DNA of 64,000 bases. It comes from Saccostrea cucullata (taxonomy: Eukaryota). Below are positions 11,418 through 23,317 of this stretch, one piece after another. The notes under the pieces are model-generated. The model was not told the DNA's origin and did not search any database. It was given only the letters and a program-made list of their open reading frames with translations. Each line of letters opens with the position of its first letter. Positions within the stretch are counted from its first letter, which is position 1. The DNA is taken from positions 248,001-312,000 of the forward strand of contig NW_026928692.1 in NCBI RefSeq assembly GCF_032062105.1, in the 5' to 3' direction. Made by a program: the position numbers and the translations under genes.

Positions 11418-12602
11418 TTAAGATTTGAGAATCATCAAATCAAAATAATAGATGCTAACTGATCCTAAAATACAAACAAAAGAGACGAAGAGAACTTTAT
11501 CAATGATCGCCATACTGTTTGACCATGTTCTGCCTTTCAACTCTTTTGATGTTCTCGTTGGGAACATTTTGTTTTTGTCATCTGTATTGGCTCCGTCCAT
11601 AATTTTGTCACTCACAGGGTTTCCGATAAAACATGGAAGTTGGTGTTCGCCATAATAAAAGAAGAGTCTGGTTTGAATAATGACTAATACCATCATAATA
11701 ACACTAAGAACCATCAGTATTTCTATGTATACCACCATGTGTACGTTGTCTTTGGCAGGGAGAGAGGATCCAATGGCCGACAGATAAATCGAGTAGGCCA
11801 GAAATGTTGTGATTGCAAAAGATATTTTCTCACCAGATTCCACAGGAATGAGAAAGACAAACAAATTCATAACAGACAGCAAAGAGAGTGGCAACAACAC
11901 CGTCAGAACCACAAAAAATGGCTTTCTTTGCAGACTAAACCTAGCAGTTAGTCCACTCATTCCGTTCGATACCCTGTAAACTTTACTGGCTGAAATGTCC
12001 CACTCGGTTGTTCCAGACATATGGAGAACACTAGGTTCAGCATTGATTATTACATCATTATCATCGTATCCGATTATCACGAACATGAAATCACATGTTT
12101 GTTCATCAAAAGGGTACTTTTTAAGATTCAACTCACACCTAACAGAATATAAACCGCCAGGAAACCATTTAACATCACCAGAAGATGAGACGTGAAACAT
12201 CTTGAAAGGATTCTGGAAAGTCTCAAAATCTCCGACAGGATTACCTAAAGCTATTGTGGGCCACCATATGTCCATTGTTTTTAAGTCTATGCTACTTATA
12301 TTAGAATGCTCTTGTTTGTTCCAGACTAGGAATTCATCATTCCAAGAAATGCTGAAGTACCCGAGCAAAGAAACACTTTCTTCCTTTTCATCGACATCAT
12401 TAAAGCGATGGACGAAAAACGAAGCGTTAATGACGACTGGATCACCCTGATTTTTTCGGGGTCGTAAATAAGGGTCGTAGTCCCGCAGTAAAGACTTCCG
12501 GAAAGATGTTACATTTTCTGCAGTCACGTTATCTCCTCCGTAACATTCTCTAACCAAGAAGGTTAACATCAACAAAAAGAAAAGATTTCCCCCAAACTGC
12601 AT
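11418..12602 (-). CDS. intronless nAChR-like Cys-loop channel subunit, copy 2 (394 aa)
   Basis: Signal peptide, Cys-loop CELNLKKYPFDEQTC, M1-M4, ESGEKISFAITTFLAY. Confidence 0.95.
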   Translation of the reverse strand: MQFGGNLFFLLMLTFLVRECYGGDNVTAENVTSFRKSLLRDYDPYLRPRKNQGDPVVINASFFVHRFNDVDEKEESVSLLGYFSISWNDEFLVWNKQEHSNISSIDLKTMDIWWPTIALGNPVGDFETFQNPFKMFHVSSSGDVKWFPGGLYSVRCELNLKKYPFDEQTCDFMFVIIGYDDNDVIINAEPSVLHMSGTTEWDISASKVYRVSNGMSGLTARFSLQRKPFFVVLTVLLPLSLLSVMNLFVFLIPVESGEKISFAITTFLAYSIYLSAIGSSLPAKDNVHMVVYIEILMVLSVIMMVLVIIQTRLFFYYGEHQLPCFIGNPVSDKIMDGANTDDKNKMFPTRTSKELKGRTWSNSMAIIDKVLFVSFVCILGSVSIYYFDLMILKS

Positions 12603-12799
12603 CCTTAGAGTTTAAAAAAGAAATAAAATATTTTCTACTTTTTTCTGATCGATAGAATGCATAAACTAATTTTTATGTTAACTGCAGACTTTTTAAAGCA
12701 ATGATATAGATTTTGTAATTGTAAATGAATGATAAAACTGATGCAAGTGTTGTCAATTGTAAAACAATAAACAGTGTTTGCCTTTGCAACTAGGCAAAT

Positions 12800-12845
12800 G
12801 GAGGTTTAAAAGGTTTCGATTTGTCTGTAAATAGATAAATGCAAA
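12800..12845 (-). promoter_or_regulatory. upstream non-coding block conserved in receptor copies 2-5 (candidate shared promoter element)
   Basis: Minus-strand TGCATTTATCTATTTACAGACAAATCGAAACCTTTTAAA-like block 200-250 bp above the ATG; homologues at about 15407-15448, 22908-22950 and 35026-35069. Confidence 0.5.
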
Positions 12846-14032
12846 GAAATGATGCTGTATAATGGGGGAAACGCGTCTCTACCTTTCCCAACAAATGAAT
12901 ACCCTGGTCTGTTTTTGTTATATCTCAAACAAGTACTTAATTTTATTAATGGGGATATGACGAGCCGGATCTCTTTGATGAACTTTTTACAACTTGTACA
13001 CTGTATTGGCGAAAAACCCAATAACTTGCATAATGTTTATTGCACTTGATCTATAAAAAGTATGTACATGTATACTGTAACTATGGATTGGGTGTCGTCT
13101 TCACAGAATATCCTTCAAGTCTAATTCTCTTTTTTAGCTTAATTTTTTAATCATTTAATTGTCGTGACTCCCTTGATAGCCCCTGTCCCGATAATTCCCA
13201 GAATTTTATTTGAGAGAGGGGTCAGCTTGAGAGGTGCTAGTCCCCACCTAATAATGCCAGTCTATCTGTGCTGATATGAAGAAAGTAAAACCAAGAGAAT
13301 AAGAAGAGCAGTATTTTACTATCACAACATAAAAATTAAAATTTGATATGATAAACATTTGAAAATTATATTGAATATCATACATATTGAATTCACAATT
13401 AAAAACATTTTAGGATTGATAACTAACAGTATATATTTATTAAGTATTGGCATCTAAAGTGGCTGTGTACTACCACATATAATTTTAGCTTCTCTCCGTA
13501 TATCCTTCAAATTCATTACGTAGTCAATGCCTAAAATTGTATGGAATATACAGATTTACACTCAGTTTACATAAAATATTTAATATGCGAAAGGTTTATT
13601 TTAATTGAATGAAGTTGTTGACACCCTTCCAGCATCAAAGTAATTTTTGTTGGAGACATTAACATAGCAATACTATATTGCATTGAAATTAAAAAAATAA
13701 CAATGCAGGACTTGAACTCATCACTTGTGTTAGTTACTGGTTTAAAACAAATAAGTGTCAGAGTGATATTTTCTGTTTTGTGTAGAATTTATTTTTTTTA
13801 AATCTCTTTTGTTTCAGCTGTTATTTCACTTGTTTCCATGTGAATGAAAATTTCTCGAGAGGGACTTAAAGCGGCAAACAAACAAAACAAATCAGATAAA
13901 CGATCGAAAGAGGTAGTTAGCACTGTGTCGACGTTTGAACATTCCAAAACACTATAAAATCTTTTTTTTTCAAGAGCAACATTAAACTTTTAGGATTCAA
14001 AGGACAAAAAGTCCTCCCGCATGATTTTATTT

Positions 14033-15217
14033 TTAAGACTTGGCCATCATCAAATCGAAATAATAGATACTGACTGACCCTAAAACACAGGAAAAAGAGA
14101 TGAAAAGAACCTTATCGATAATTATCATACTGTTTGCCCATGTTCTTCTTTTCAATGGTTTTGAAGTTTCTAAAGAAGGCGTGTGTTTAACGTCACCTTT
14201 ATTTGTTCTCACGATTTTCTCTGAAATTGTGTTTCCAACAAAACAAGGCAGATGATGTTCACCATAATAAAAGTAGAGTCTCGTTTGAACAATGACCAAT
14301 ACCATCATAATAACACTAAGGACCATCAGTATTTCAATGTATACCACCATGTGTACGTTGTCTTTAGCAGGGAGAGAGGATCCAATGGCCGACAGATAAA
14401 TCGAGTAGGCCAGGAATGTGGTGATTGCAAAAGATATTTTCTCCCCAGACTCCACAGGAATGAGAAAGACAAACAAATTCATCACAGACAGCAAACAAAG
14501 GGGCAACAACACCGTCAGTACCACGAAATACGGTTTTCTTTGTAATGTGAAGCTAGCAGTCAGGCCAGTCTTCCCGTAAGGCGCCATACTGTAAATTCTT
14601 CCGGCCTCAACTTTCCACTCGGTTGTTTCACGATTATGGAGAACGCTATGTTCTGCATTAATTATTACGTCATCGAGAGAGTATCCGATTGCCACGAACA
14701 TGAAATCACATGTTTGTGTATCAAAAGGGTACTTTTTAAGATTCAGCTCACAGACAACTGAATATAACCCGGCAGGATACCACTCAATATCACCAGAAGA
14801 TGAGACGCGAAAAATCTTGAAAGGATTCTGAAAAGTCTCAAACTCTCCGACAGGATTCCCTAAAGCAATCGTGGGCCACCAAATATCGTTTGTTTTGAAC
14901 TCTATGTTACTTATATTGGAATGTTCTTGTTTGTTCCAGGCTAGGAATTCATCATTCCAAGAAATCCTGAGGTATCCGAGCAAAGAAATACTTTCTTCCT
15001 TTTCATTGATATCATTAAAGCGATGGACGAAAAACGATGCGTTAATGATCAATGGATCAGCTTGGATTTTTCGAGGTCGTAAATAAGGGTCGTAGTCCCG
15101 CAGTAAATACTTCCTCAGTGATGTCATATTTTCCGCAGTCACGTCATCTCTTCCCCAACATGCTTGTACCAAGGACGTTAAAAATGTCAAAAGAAATAGA
15201 TTTCCTCGGTACAGCAT
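14033..15217 (-). CDS. intronless nAChR-like Cys-loop channel subunit, copy 3 (394 aa)
   Basis: Signal peptide, Cys-loop CELNLKKYPFDTQTC, M1-M4; clear paralogue of copies 2 and 5. Confidence 0.95.
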   Translation of the reverse strand: MLYRGNLFLLTFLTSLVQACWGRDDVTAENMTSLRKYLLRDYDPYLRPRKIQADPLIINASFFVHRFNDINEKEESISLLGYLRISWNDEFLAWNKQEHSNISNIEFKTNDIWWPTIALGNPVGEFETFQNPFKIFRVSSSGDIEWYPAGLYSVVCELNLKKYPFDTQTCDFMFVAIGYSLDDVIINAEHSVLHNRETTEWKVEAGRIYSMAPYGKTGLTASFTLQRKPYFVVLTVLLPLCLLSVMNLFVFLIPVESGEKISFAITTFLAYSIYLSAIGSSLPAKDNVHMVVYIEILMVLSVIMMVLVIVQTRLYFYYGEHHLPCFVGNTISEKIVRTNKGDVKHTPSLETSKPLKRRTWANSMIIIDKVLFISFSCVLGSVSIYYFDLMMAKS

Positions 15218-16128
15218 CCTTAGAGTCTAAAAAAGAAATAAAATATTTTCAACATTTTACGTGATCAATAGAACAGTTAAACTCATTTTTATGTTAGCTC
15301 CAAATATTTATTCAAACAATTTTGTAGATGAGAGATAAAATGGATACCTGTGCTTGCAATTGTAAGAACAATAAACAATGTTTGCATTTACAACTTGGCA
15401 ATTTAACGTTTAAAAGGATTCGATTCTTCTGTAAATAGATAAATGCAAGGGAGTATGGTGATGAATTCTAGGAATAACAGATCTAAACCTTTCCCAAGAG
15501 ATAAATCCCATGTCTGTTTTTTCTTTTATCTCAAAAAAATGATCAAATTTAAGTGAAAATTTAGGAAAGTATGTGCTTCTTACAAACGGAGTCATAATGG
15601 ACCAGTTTTTATCTGATTCCAATGGCCCAATTCGAAATTGAATTGTCTTTTTGTGGAATGGGCACTACTTCTCAAATGCAAAGCAAAATAAATGGTTCGC
15701 GACGATTAATATTAATGAGTTAAAGTAGGTCGCGAAACTCACGGAAATTTCTCGCACGCAAATAAAATTTGATGTACAGTTACAGCTTAAGGTTATAATG
15801 TGAGGTACCAACTGCACCCCTGGCTGTTAACAAATATATTAAACATTAATTTTGCGGCTGATGGAAGAAACGAGAGAGAGAGGGAGAGAGAGAGAGTCCT
15901 TAACTGTTAAACATATATGAATACGTCTGCAATAATTTCTATTAGATTTAATTCATGTCGTAATGGCTTATGTCATCGTCTTTGAGGGTAGGTAGGTAGG
16001 TTATAAACTGAGTTCCATAACTGACAAAAATTTTGATCACGCTCTTGTATTATGATATGAGAGATTTCTGTTTCTTAATTTAAAACCTTTTCAGGATTAT
16101 GTCTTTCCTTTTCAATGAAGGACTCTAG

Positions 16129-16394
16129 AGTCGCGAGGTAAGGAGTTAATCCTTACGTCGCGGGTCCGAATCACACTATGGGACGTGGAGACCGGTCTTT
16201 CGGATGAGACCCTATAAACCGAGGTCCCGTGTCGCAGTAGGTGCTGGCACGTACACGATCCCTCCCTGCTCAATGGCCTTAAGTGCCGAGTATATGACTA
16301 AATTTGCAGCTCTCCACCGGCAAGTGGTAGCGTCTCCATATGAGTGAAAAATTCTCGAGAGGGATGTTAAACAATATACAATCAACCAATCAAT
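16129..16394 (+). mobile_element. tRNA-derived SINE with a Deu/Nin-like central domain
   Basis: Degenerate B-box (ggtccgaatc), ggtctttcggatgagac..taaaccgaggtcccgt core, (caat)n tail. Second copy at 28110-28305 (-) and a tail fragment at about 13835-13890. Confidence 0.7.
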
Positions 16395-16874
16395 GAAGAG
16401 TGTCTCCTTATCAGTAAAAAAACATCTCCTCTTCAATTCCAACCAGTATTATATTTGGAAGCATCGACATCCTCATTTTGTGTATGGATTCTTTTGAAGG
16501 ATTCCCTTTCGGGGTAAATGTATTTATTTGCTTCCACTGGTAGACGGTTTATCTAGAGTAAATAAAAATATTTTTCTCCTTTCTACGTTTACTTGACCAT
16601 CAACAGACTCTGGTTTCATTAAACCATAACACACCCTTTCAGCCAGTTAAGTTTATAGCTATATCGGTATACATGTATTTTTAAATATTATTCACTTTAT
16701 CATTTTGAAGGCGTGACTCCTTTAAGAGCAAACGAAGTTGCAGTATTCAACTTTAGAGTATCTTTTAATGTTAATGCTGCATGTATCCTCGATTCCCCAG
16801 TAGTGTCTAGTCCACAATTTTGTTTTAGAGTAGGCTCTGATTTGAGGAAATTCTCTATTTTGTGTCATTGGCAT

Positions 16875-18193
16875 CACTCACTCACTCAGTCCTCTCTGCG
16901 CCGTCTGGCACTTGAGGCGACAGCAAGGGCTCTCCAATTGGCTCTGTCGGCTGCTGCTCTGGGGGCTGTCTGCAGGGTGAGTCCTCTGTTCCTCAGGTCT
17001 CTCTCAATGGTGCGCCGCCAAGTCTCCTTTGGGCGCCCTCTGTTCCTCTTCCCCTGTGGTGTCCAGCCAAGAGCTGTCCTGGTAATGGAGCTGGTAGGCA
17101 TGCGGCAGACATGTCCCAACCATCTCCAGCGTCGCCTTTGGATCATCTCTGCCAGAGTCTCCATATTTGCCATGTTTCGGAGATTTTCATTGGAAATAGT
17201 GTTGGGCCAGAAGATCTTCATGATGCGACGTAGGCACTTGGTCTGGAACACTTCAAGTTTCTTCTCAATGGTGACAGTGGTCTTCCAGCACTCAGATCCA
17301 TATAGCAGCACACTGAGGACATTGCTCCGGAATAATCTGATTTTTGTCTGGATGCTGAGGCTTGTAGATTTCCAAACGGGTTTGAGCATGGCAAAAGCTT
17401 GGTTGGCTTTGCTGAGTCTGGTCTTAATCTCTTGCTCGCAATCACCGTCTGTTGTCATTTTGCTGCCCAAGTAGGTGAATTCCTCTACGTTCTCCAGCTG
17501 CCTCCCGTTGACTGTGATTGGGTCTGTGTTTCTGGCATTTTTCCTCATGACCTGCGTTTTCTTGGTGTTAACTCTGAGTCCTATGGTGTTGGCTATTTCG
17601 CTGAGGGTCTCCGTCTTTTGCTGTATGTCCTGATGTCTACTAGATAGAAGCCCCAGGTCATCAGCATAGTCCAGGTCCTCTAGGACTGTGGTCAGAGTCC
17701 ACTGAATGCCCTGCCGTCTTCCTTCGGTGACGTTGCGCATGAGCCAATCCACTGCAAGGGAGAAGAGCATTGGAGACAGTATGCAGCCTTGCTTCACGCC
17801 AGTATCCACTCCGAAGGGTTCTGTCAGTTTGTTGTCATGTATTACATGGCACTCGATGTTTTCGTAGAGGGACTGGATGATGTTCACCAGTTTCTGCGGG
17901 ATGCCATAGTGTCGTAGGATCCTCCAGAGGGATGCTCTGTGAAGGCTATCAAAGGCCTTCTCAAAGTCAACAAACACCAGGTAAAGTGGGCTGTTCCACT
18001 CGTGCGACTGCTCAAGTATCTGGCGGAGAACGAAGATGTGGTCAATGTAAGATCGTCCTTTTCTAAATCCAGCCTGCTCCTGTCGTAGGATGGTGTCCAC
18101 TGCTATGGTGGTGCGCTGGAGGATGATGCGGCTAAAGATCTTGCTCGTGAGGGACAGCAAAGTGATTCCTCTCCAATTGTTGCAGTCTGACAG
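16875..18193 (-). mobile_element. young 5'-truncated RTE-clade LINE with uninterrupted RT ORF (16886-18193)
   Basis: NWRGITLLS, EQAGFRKGRS, FVDFEKAFDS, GVKQGCILSP, YADD, RWLGHV; (TGAG)n tail; 13-bp TSD gtgtcattggcat at 16862-16874 and 18194-18206. Confidence 0.93.
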
Positions 18194-19099
18194 GTGTCAT
18201 TGGCATAGGCTGAACATTTCTATAGAAGTTCCTTTGCAGCTCTTTTATATTCTGATTAGACAATGTTCACCATTCATATGACTGTGTTAAGAGATCTTTT
18301 ATGTCTCAAGTTTTTTGGTTTATTTTAAGAAATGTTCCAGTACCATCCTAAAATTTCTATGGAAAAAATGGAATGTCAAAACTGTGGATTGATGTTATAA
18401 TTATGATGTTTTTCCCAAATGCTTTAATTAGTAGAAATGATAAACATGTTATAACACTAAGCCCCAACTTGGAAAATGTGAGTTTTAATGAACACCAAAA
18501 CATTGGTTTCCATCGATATCAAAGGCATTAGCTTAAAAAAGTTTGAGGTGTGAAGTGAAGCTTATTTTTCCAGATGTAATTTTTATGCTTTATGATGTGA
18601 AGAGAGTAGAACACAGAGAATAAGAAGAACCATATTTTATTAGCACAACATTAAATTTTGAGGTATACATTTGAAAATCATATTGAATATCATACATATT
18701 GAAATTCACATTTAAAACATGTCAAAGCATTGTTTTTTTAACGTCACAATATTAATTTTGTATCCGTGCTTGTAAATAGTTATCCATCAACAAAAGTTTT
18801 CCTTCTAAATATTTTCACAACACCAACAAATTCTAATACGAATAAAAATTAGTTATTTGCCATACAACCACAGCATTTTTTTTTTTGCATTGTTCAAAAA
18901 TATATGAAAAATACTTGATGCAAATCTTTTAGGTTCAATAAAAAAAAAGAACAAAGAAAAAAAGATACACAAAAAGATATAGAAGTAAATATTTTGGTCT
19001 GTTGGTATTGAATGCATTGAATATTTAAAGGTCTCTGCTTCTAAATCCTATTTTTACAAACCAAAGACTTTGCGAAATTATCTATCTTATCATAGTATT

Positions 19100-19710
19100 G
19101 GTTTCCCATAAGGACAAATTAATTAAACCAAGAGAGCTACTGGCAGAAAAAATTATCTTACAGGGATTTCAAAAAACTCGCTTTAATATCTACAGTAATT
19201 TTTATGACATAAGCAAATTTACCCTAACAACATTGGGTCACAATTTGACTGACATTCGTCATAGGCCAATTATTAGGCCTTTTTTGGTTTTATACTGAAC
19301 TGACATCGGAAAGTTCCGTCTTCCCGATGAATCCAGCTGGTCAACAGGGGAGGGTTATTCCGACACCTGGTCCCACTTCTGGAATCTCCCAGGGGGTCCA
19401 TGTTTTATGCCCTCTTGACAGATTTGTATTGTTTATAGTTTTCTATGGGATCAATCAGTGTTCGTTATCTTTATCTTTTATATAATTATCATGCTGTATA
19501 ACTCTGGTTTAAAAAAAAAAGAAGGTATGTTCAGTCTACTTGATCAGTATTTGGAGCTCATGGTGATGGGTAAACAGGAGGTGCCTTTTCATTCTGGCAC
19601 CTAATCACACCTCTTGAATTTCCCGTGGATTTTGTCTTGATCTTAAGTTTTAAGCTGTTTTATTTTATTTTTAAAAAGATCGAACATTGTTCGTTTTCAT
19701 CTTTCCATAT
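19100..19710 (+). mobile_element. highly decayed Penelope-like 3' fragments (two copies of the 3' motif)
   Basis: ggtcaacagggg..acacctggtcccac at 19340-19378 and ggtaaacagg..ggcacctaatcacacctc at 19570-19613. Confidence 0.5.
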
Positions 19711-20911
19711 AAGTAGAGGTAACTGAAGACAAGGAACTCGGATGGCATATTGATGAAATAGTGTTGATGTAAATCACTTAACTGTTACATACACATTACA
19801 CGACAAAGAACATATGAATGGTTTATTTCCGCTAAATAAATGATAAATATTAAATATTAGCATGTAAAGCTATTGTCTACAACCGCAAATAAGATCAGTT
19901 TATATCCAAAACACACAGTATTCCGTATACTCTATGGATTGAAACTGGATATCTAAGAACTTCAATGAAATATAATGGTCAAAATTCGAACTATCTAAGG
20001 TTATAGTTTCAAAAGGAGGTTTTTATATTTATAAAAGAATTAGGCAATACCTTTATTTTACATCAAAGTTCTTTTCATTGGGTTGATAACTTTTGGAAAC
20101 AAAACATTTCAACTACAGACATAAACGTCATATGAAGATGATGATGCTACTATATTGCAACAGAATTGTAGTTAATATTTTCTGTATAATACCGGGGGTA
20201 TCACGACTTATATATTGTAAAAGCATTTTACAGGAATATATATATAAAAATTATTTCATCTAAAAGTTATTGAAACTTCAAATTTTTGGATTGGTTTGAT
20301 TAACACATCCTTGTACTTTCACAAATTTTAATTTTATTCTTAATACTTAGGAAAAGTGGCAAGATATTTTTTAGATGAAATACGATTTTTAATACATTTT
20401 CCTGTGAAATCTATTGCAGTATATAAATCATGATATTATACAGAAATTTGAGAAAATATCAACTTCAAATCTGTGTCTACAGATGCACCTTTAAAATAAG
20501 TAAGAGTCAGAGTGATATTTTCAATGAGTTGGTAGGATTGAGAGAAAAAATGTTCAACCCGTTTTGTTATATCATTCATTTCTGTTGCCTCCCAAAACGA
20601 TTTACAGGTAACGAGAGGGGGGTGTCTATTAAGCACTGTGTCGATGTTAAAATATTACACAAATTCTATAAAACACGAATAATTATTTTTTAAAATGAAA
20701 CAATAAATTTGTAGCTTTCACGAAACAAAAATTCCCTACCTTTGCTACCAAAGGGTTTCTTACCCGCTACTTTCCTCACAATCATCCACCAACCCTGCTA
20801 CTAAGAGTCGGAATTTTTTCCTCGAGTTTTCATTGGAGTTGATTGAAACCATTAAACCAATCAACAATTGCATTTTCTAAATAACAATATCTAACAATTT
20901 ATCATTAAGTC

Positions 20912-21150
20912 TAATGCTGACTGTCGTTTTTCATACTAATTGTTAGTCCATTATTTATACACTGAATTGACAATGGATTTTTTCCGTTATTTCCCGATCA
21001 TGACAAGGAGCACACGGCGGGTGTGACCGGTCAGCAGGGGATACTCACTCCTCCATGTCACCTGATCTCACCTCTGATGTTTGCTCTGCTCCTATTTTGA
21101 AATGTTTTATGAACTTTGATATTGAATACTGTGTGTTATCTCCGTATCCT
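20912..21150 (+). mobile_element. Penelope-like element 3' end
   Basis: Near-identical to 3408-3650 (ORF end tttcatactaattgttag plus the 3' motif). Confidence 0.75.
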
Positions 21151-21559
21151 TCTGCATTCGGGGAATATGTTGATTCTTGAATCTTGAGAATGAAAAACAC
21201 AAGTAAACAGCGATCCGAGATATGTACCATTCAATAAATAGCATGCTGTCATCAATTCTTCAGTTGATGTGCAAATAATGTGATCAGAAATCTTTATTGC
21301 AGATATAGATTTACACGTTAAATAACTAATAAATATCGCTCTATACCTTACTGTTAATTATTCTCTAAAATCTGTAGTTTAAGATTTTTAAAAAAAATTG
21401 TTTTTAATGTATGCGTATGTGATGAGATTATTTGAGATCAAATTAAGTAAATAATCCCGTTTTTTAAAAGCGCCATAGGGCAAGTATTTTTTTAGGAGAG
21501 TTGCGGATCAGATATACTTGGATAGCAAAGGATTTTCACCAAATAATTCAATCAATTTT

Positions 21560-22693
21560 TTACGATTTGATCATCAAATTAAAATAATAAATACTGATTG
21601 ATCCTAAAACACATAAAAAAAAATGAAAAGAAATCGGTCAATTATATCCATAGTGTTTGCCCATGTTCTTCTTTTTGACGGTTGTGAAGTTTCTACAGGG
21701 AACGGTTAGCGTCACCTGAATTTACTCTTCTTCTATTTTTGCCCGACACTGTGTTTCCAACAAAACAAGGCAGAAGATGTTCACGATAATAAAAGAAAAG
21801 TCTGGTTTGAACAATGACCAATACCATCATAATAACACTAAGGACCATCAGTATTTCTATGTATACCACCATGTATACATTGTCTTTGGCAGGGAGAGAG
21901 GATCCAATGGCCGACAGATAAATCGAGTAGGCCAGAAATGTGGTGATTGCAAATGATATTTTCTCGCCAGACTCCACAGGAATTAGAAAGAAAAACAAAT
22001 TCATCACAGACAGCAAAGAGAGTGGCAACAACACCGTCAGTACCACAAAATACGGTTTTCTTTGTAATGTGAAGCTAGCAGTCAGACCGGTCTTTCCGTA
22101 AGGCATACTGGAAACTCTGCCGGCCTCAACTTTCCACTCTGTTGTTTCAGGTACATTTAGAACGCTAGATTCTGCATTCATTATTACGTCGTCAGGAGGG
22201 TATCCGAGAACAGAGAAAATAAAATCACACGTTTGTGTATCGAAAGGGTACTTCTTAAGATTTAATTCACAGACAACCGAATATAAACCGCCAGGAATCC
22301 ATTCTATATCACCGACTGATGAGACGCGAAAAATCTTTAAAGAATTCTGAAGAGTCTCAAATTCCCCAACAGGATTACCTAAAGCTATAGTGGGCCACCA
22401 TATGTCATTTGTTTTGAACTCTATGCTACTTATATTGGAATGCGCTTGTTTGTTCCAGACTAGAAATTCATCATTCCAAGAAATCCTGAAGTAACCGAGC
22501 AGAGAAACACTTTCCTCCTTTTCATTGATATCATTAATGCGATGGACGAAAAACGAAGCGTTAATTACCATTGGATCAATCTGATTCTTTCGGGGTCGTA
22601 AGTAAGGGTCGTAGTCCCGAAGTAAAGACTTCCTAAATTCAGTACCATGAAAGTTGAACACGTCAAAAGGAAAAGATTTCTTTTATACTGCAT
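21560..22693 (-). pseudogene. nAChR-like copy 4, pseudogene
   Basis: True ATG at 22693 (MQYKRNLFLLT..). A 43-nt deletion relative to copy 2 removes the signal cleavage site and shifts the frame. Further frameshifts in the M3-M4 loop (~21700) and in M4 (~21615); homologous stop at 21560-21562. Confidence 0.85.
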
Positions 22694-23167
22694 CCTAGTA
22701 GTTGTACAATAGAAATAAAATTACTCTAAGCAGTTTTTGTGATGATATTACGGACAAACTAGTTTTTATGTTAAATGCAGACATTCTTAAATCATTGACA
22801 CACATTTTGTAGCATTTCATTGTCATTGTAAATAAAAGATAAAACTGATAGAAGTGTTGGTGATTGCAGAAACAATGATCAATATTTGCATTTGCAACTT
22901 GTCAAATTGAGGATTAAAAGGATTCGATTTATCAGTAAAATGATAAAAGCGTTGTCAAAATGATGGAAACTAATGAACTCTAGTTAACACATTAATACCT
23001 TCAGTATTCAAATACCATTATCATTAATGTTTTTTTTTATATAAAATAAAATCTGGCAACTTTTAGTTTAATGTTGACTCACCTCTTCAAATCTCAGATG
23101 TTCAACTTAGCCAGTGACTGTTCCTCCGCCAAACACCAGCCATTACAAATGTCTCGGGGATTCTTTT

Positions 23168-23298
23168 TGTAGTATTCCGGAATTCTGTAGATTTGTACGT
23201 TTTCGGTTTTAGATGTTATTCATGTTACTTCCGTAATAAATAGTTTGTAACCGCATGGCTGAGTTATAAATCTCATTTATTCGAGTGAATACACAACA
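23168..23298 (+). repeat. 5' LTR
   Basis: tgtagtattcc...gaatacacaaca, identical to 27604-27734. Confidence 0.97.
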
Positions 23299-23302
23299 TA
23301 TC

Positions 23303-23317
23303 TGGCGACGAGGATGG
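23303..23317 (+). promoter_or_regulatory. primer-binding site, complementary to the tRNA-Ser(GCU) 3' end, overlapping the gag ATG
   Basis: TGGCGACGAGGATGG matches the reverse complement of ...CCATCCTCGTCG-CCA as I recall the metazoan tRNA-Ser(GCU). Confidence 0.75.

Noticed and set aside
15218-15245. Acceptor-like ttttatttcttttttag just upstream of the copy 3 ATG (possible 5' UTR intron)
   Set aside because: The AG is not conserved at that position in copy 2 and I found no matching donor; needs transcript data.
16713-17474. 253-aa plus-strand ORF
   Set aside because: Antisense shadow of the GC-rich RTE RT ORF with no recognisable motifs.
21693-22661. 322-aa ORF as a functional truncated receptor
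   Set aside because: GTG start, no signal peptide, no M4; it is the open middle of a frameshifted pseudogene.
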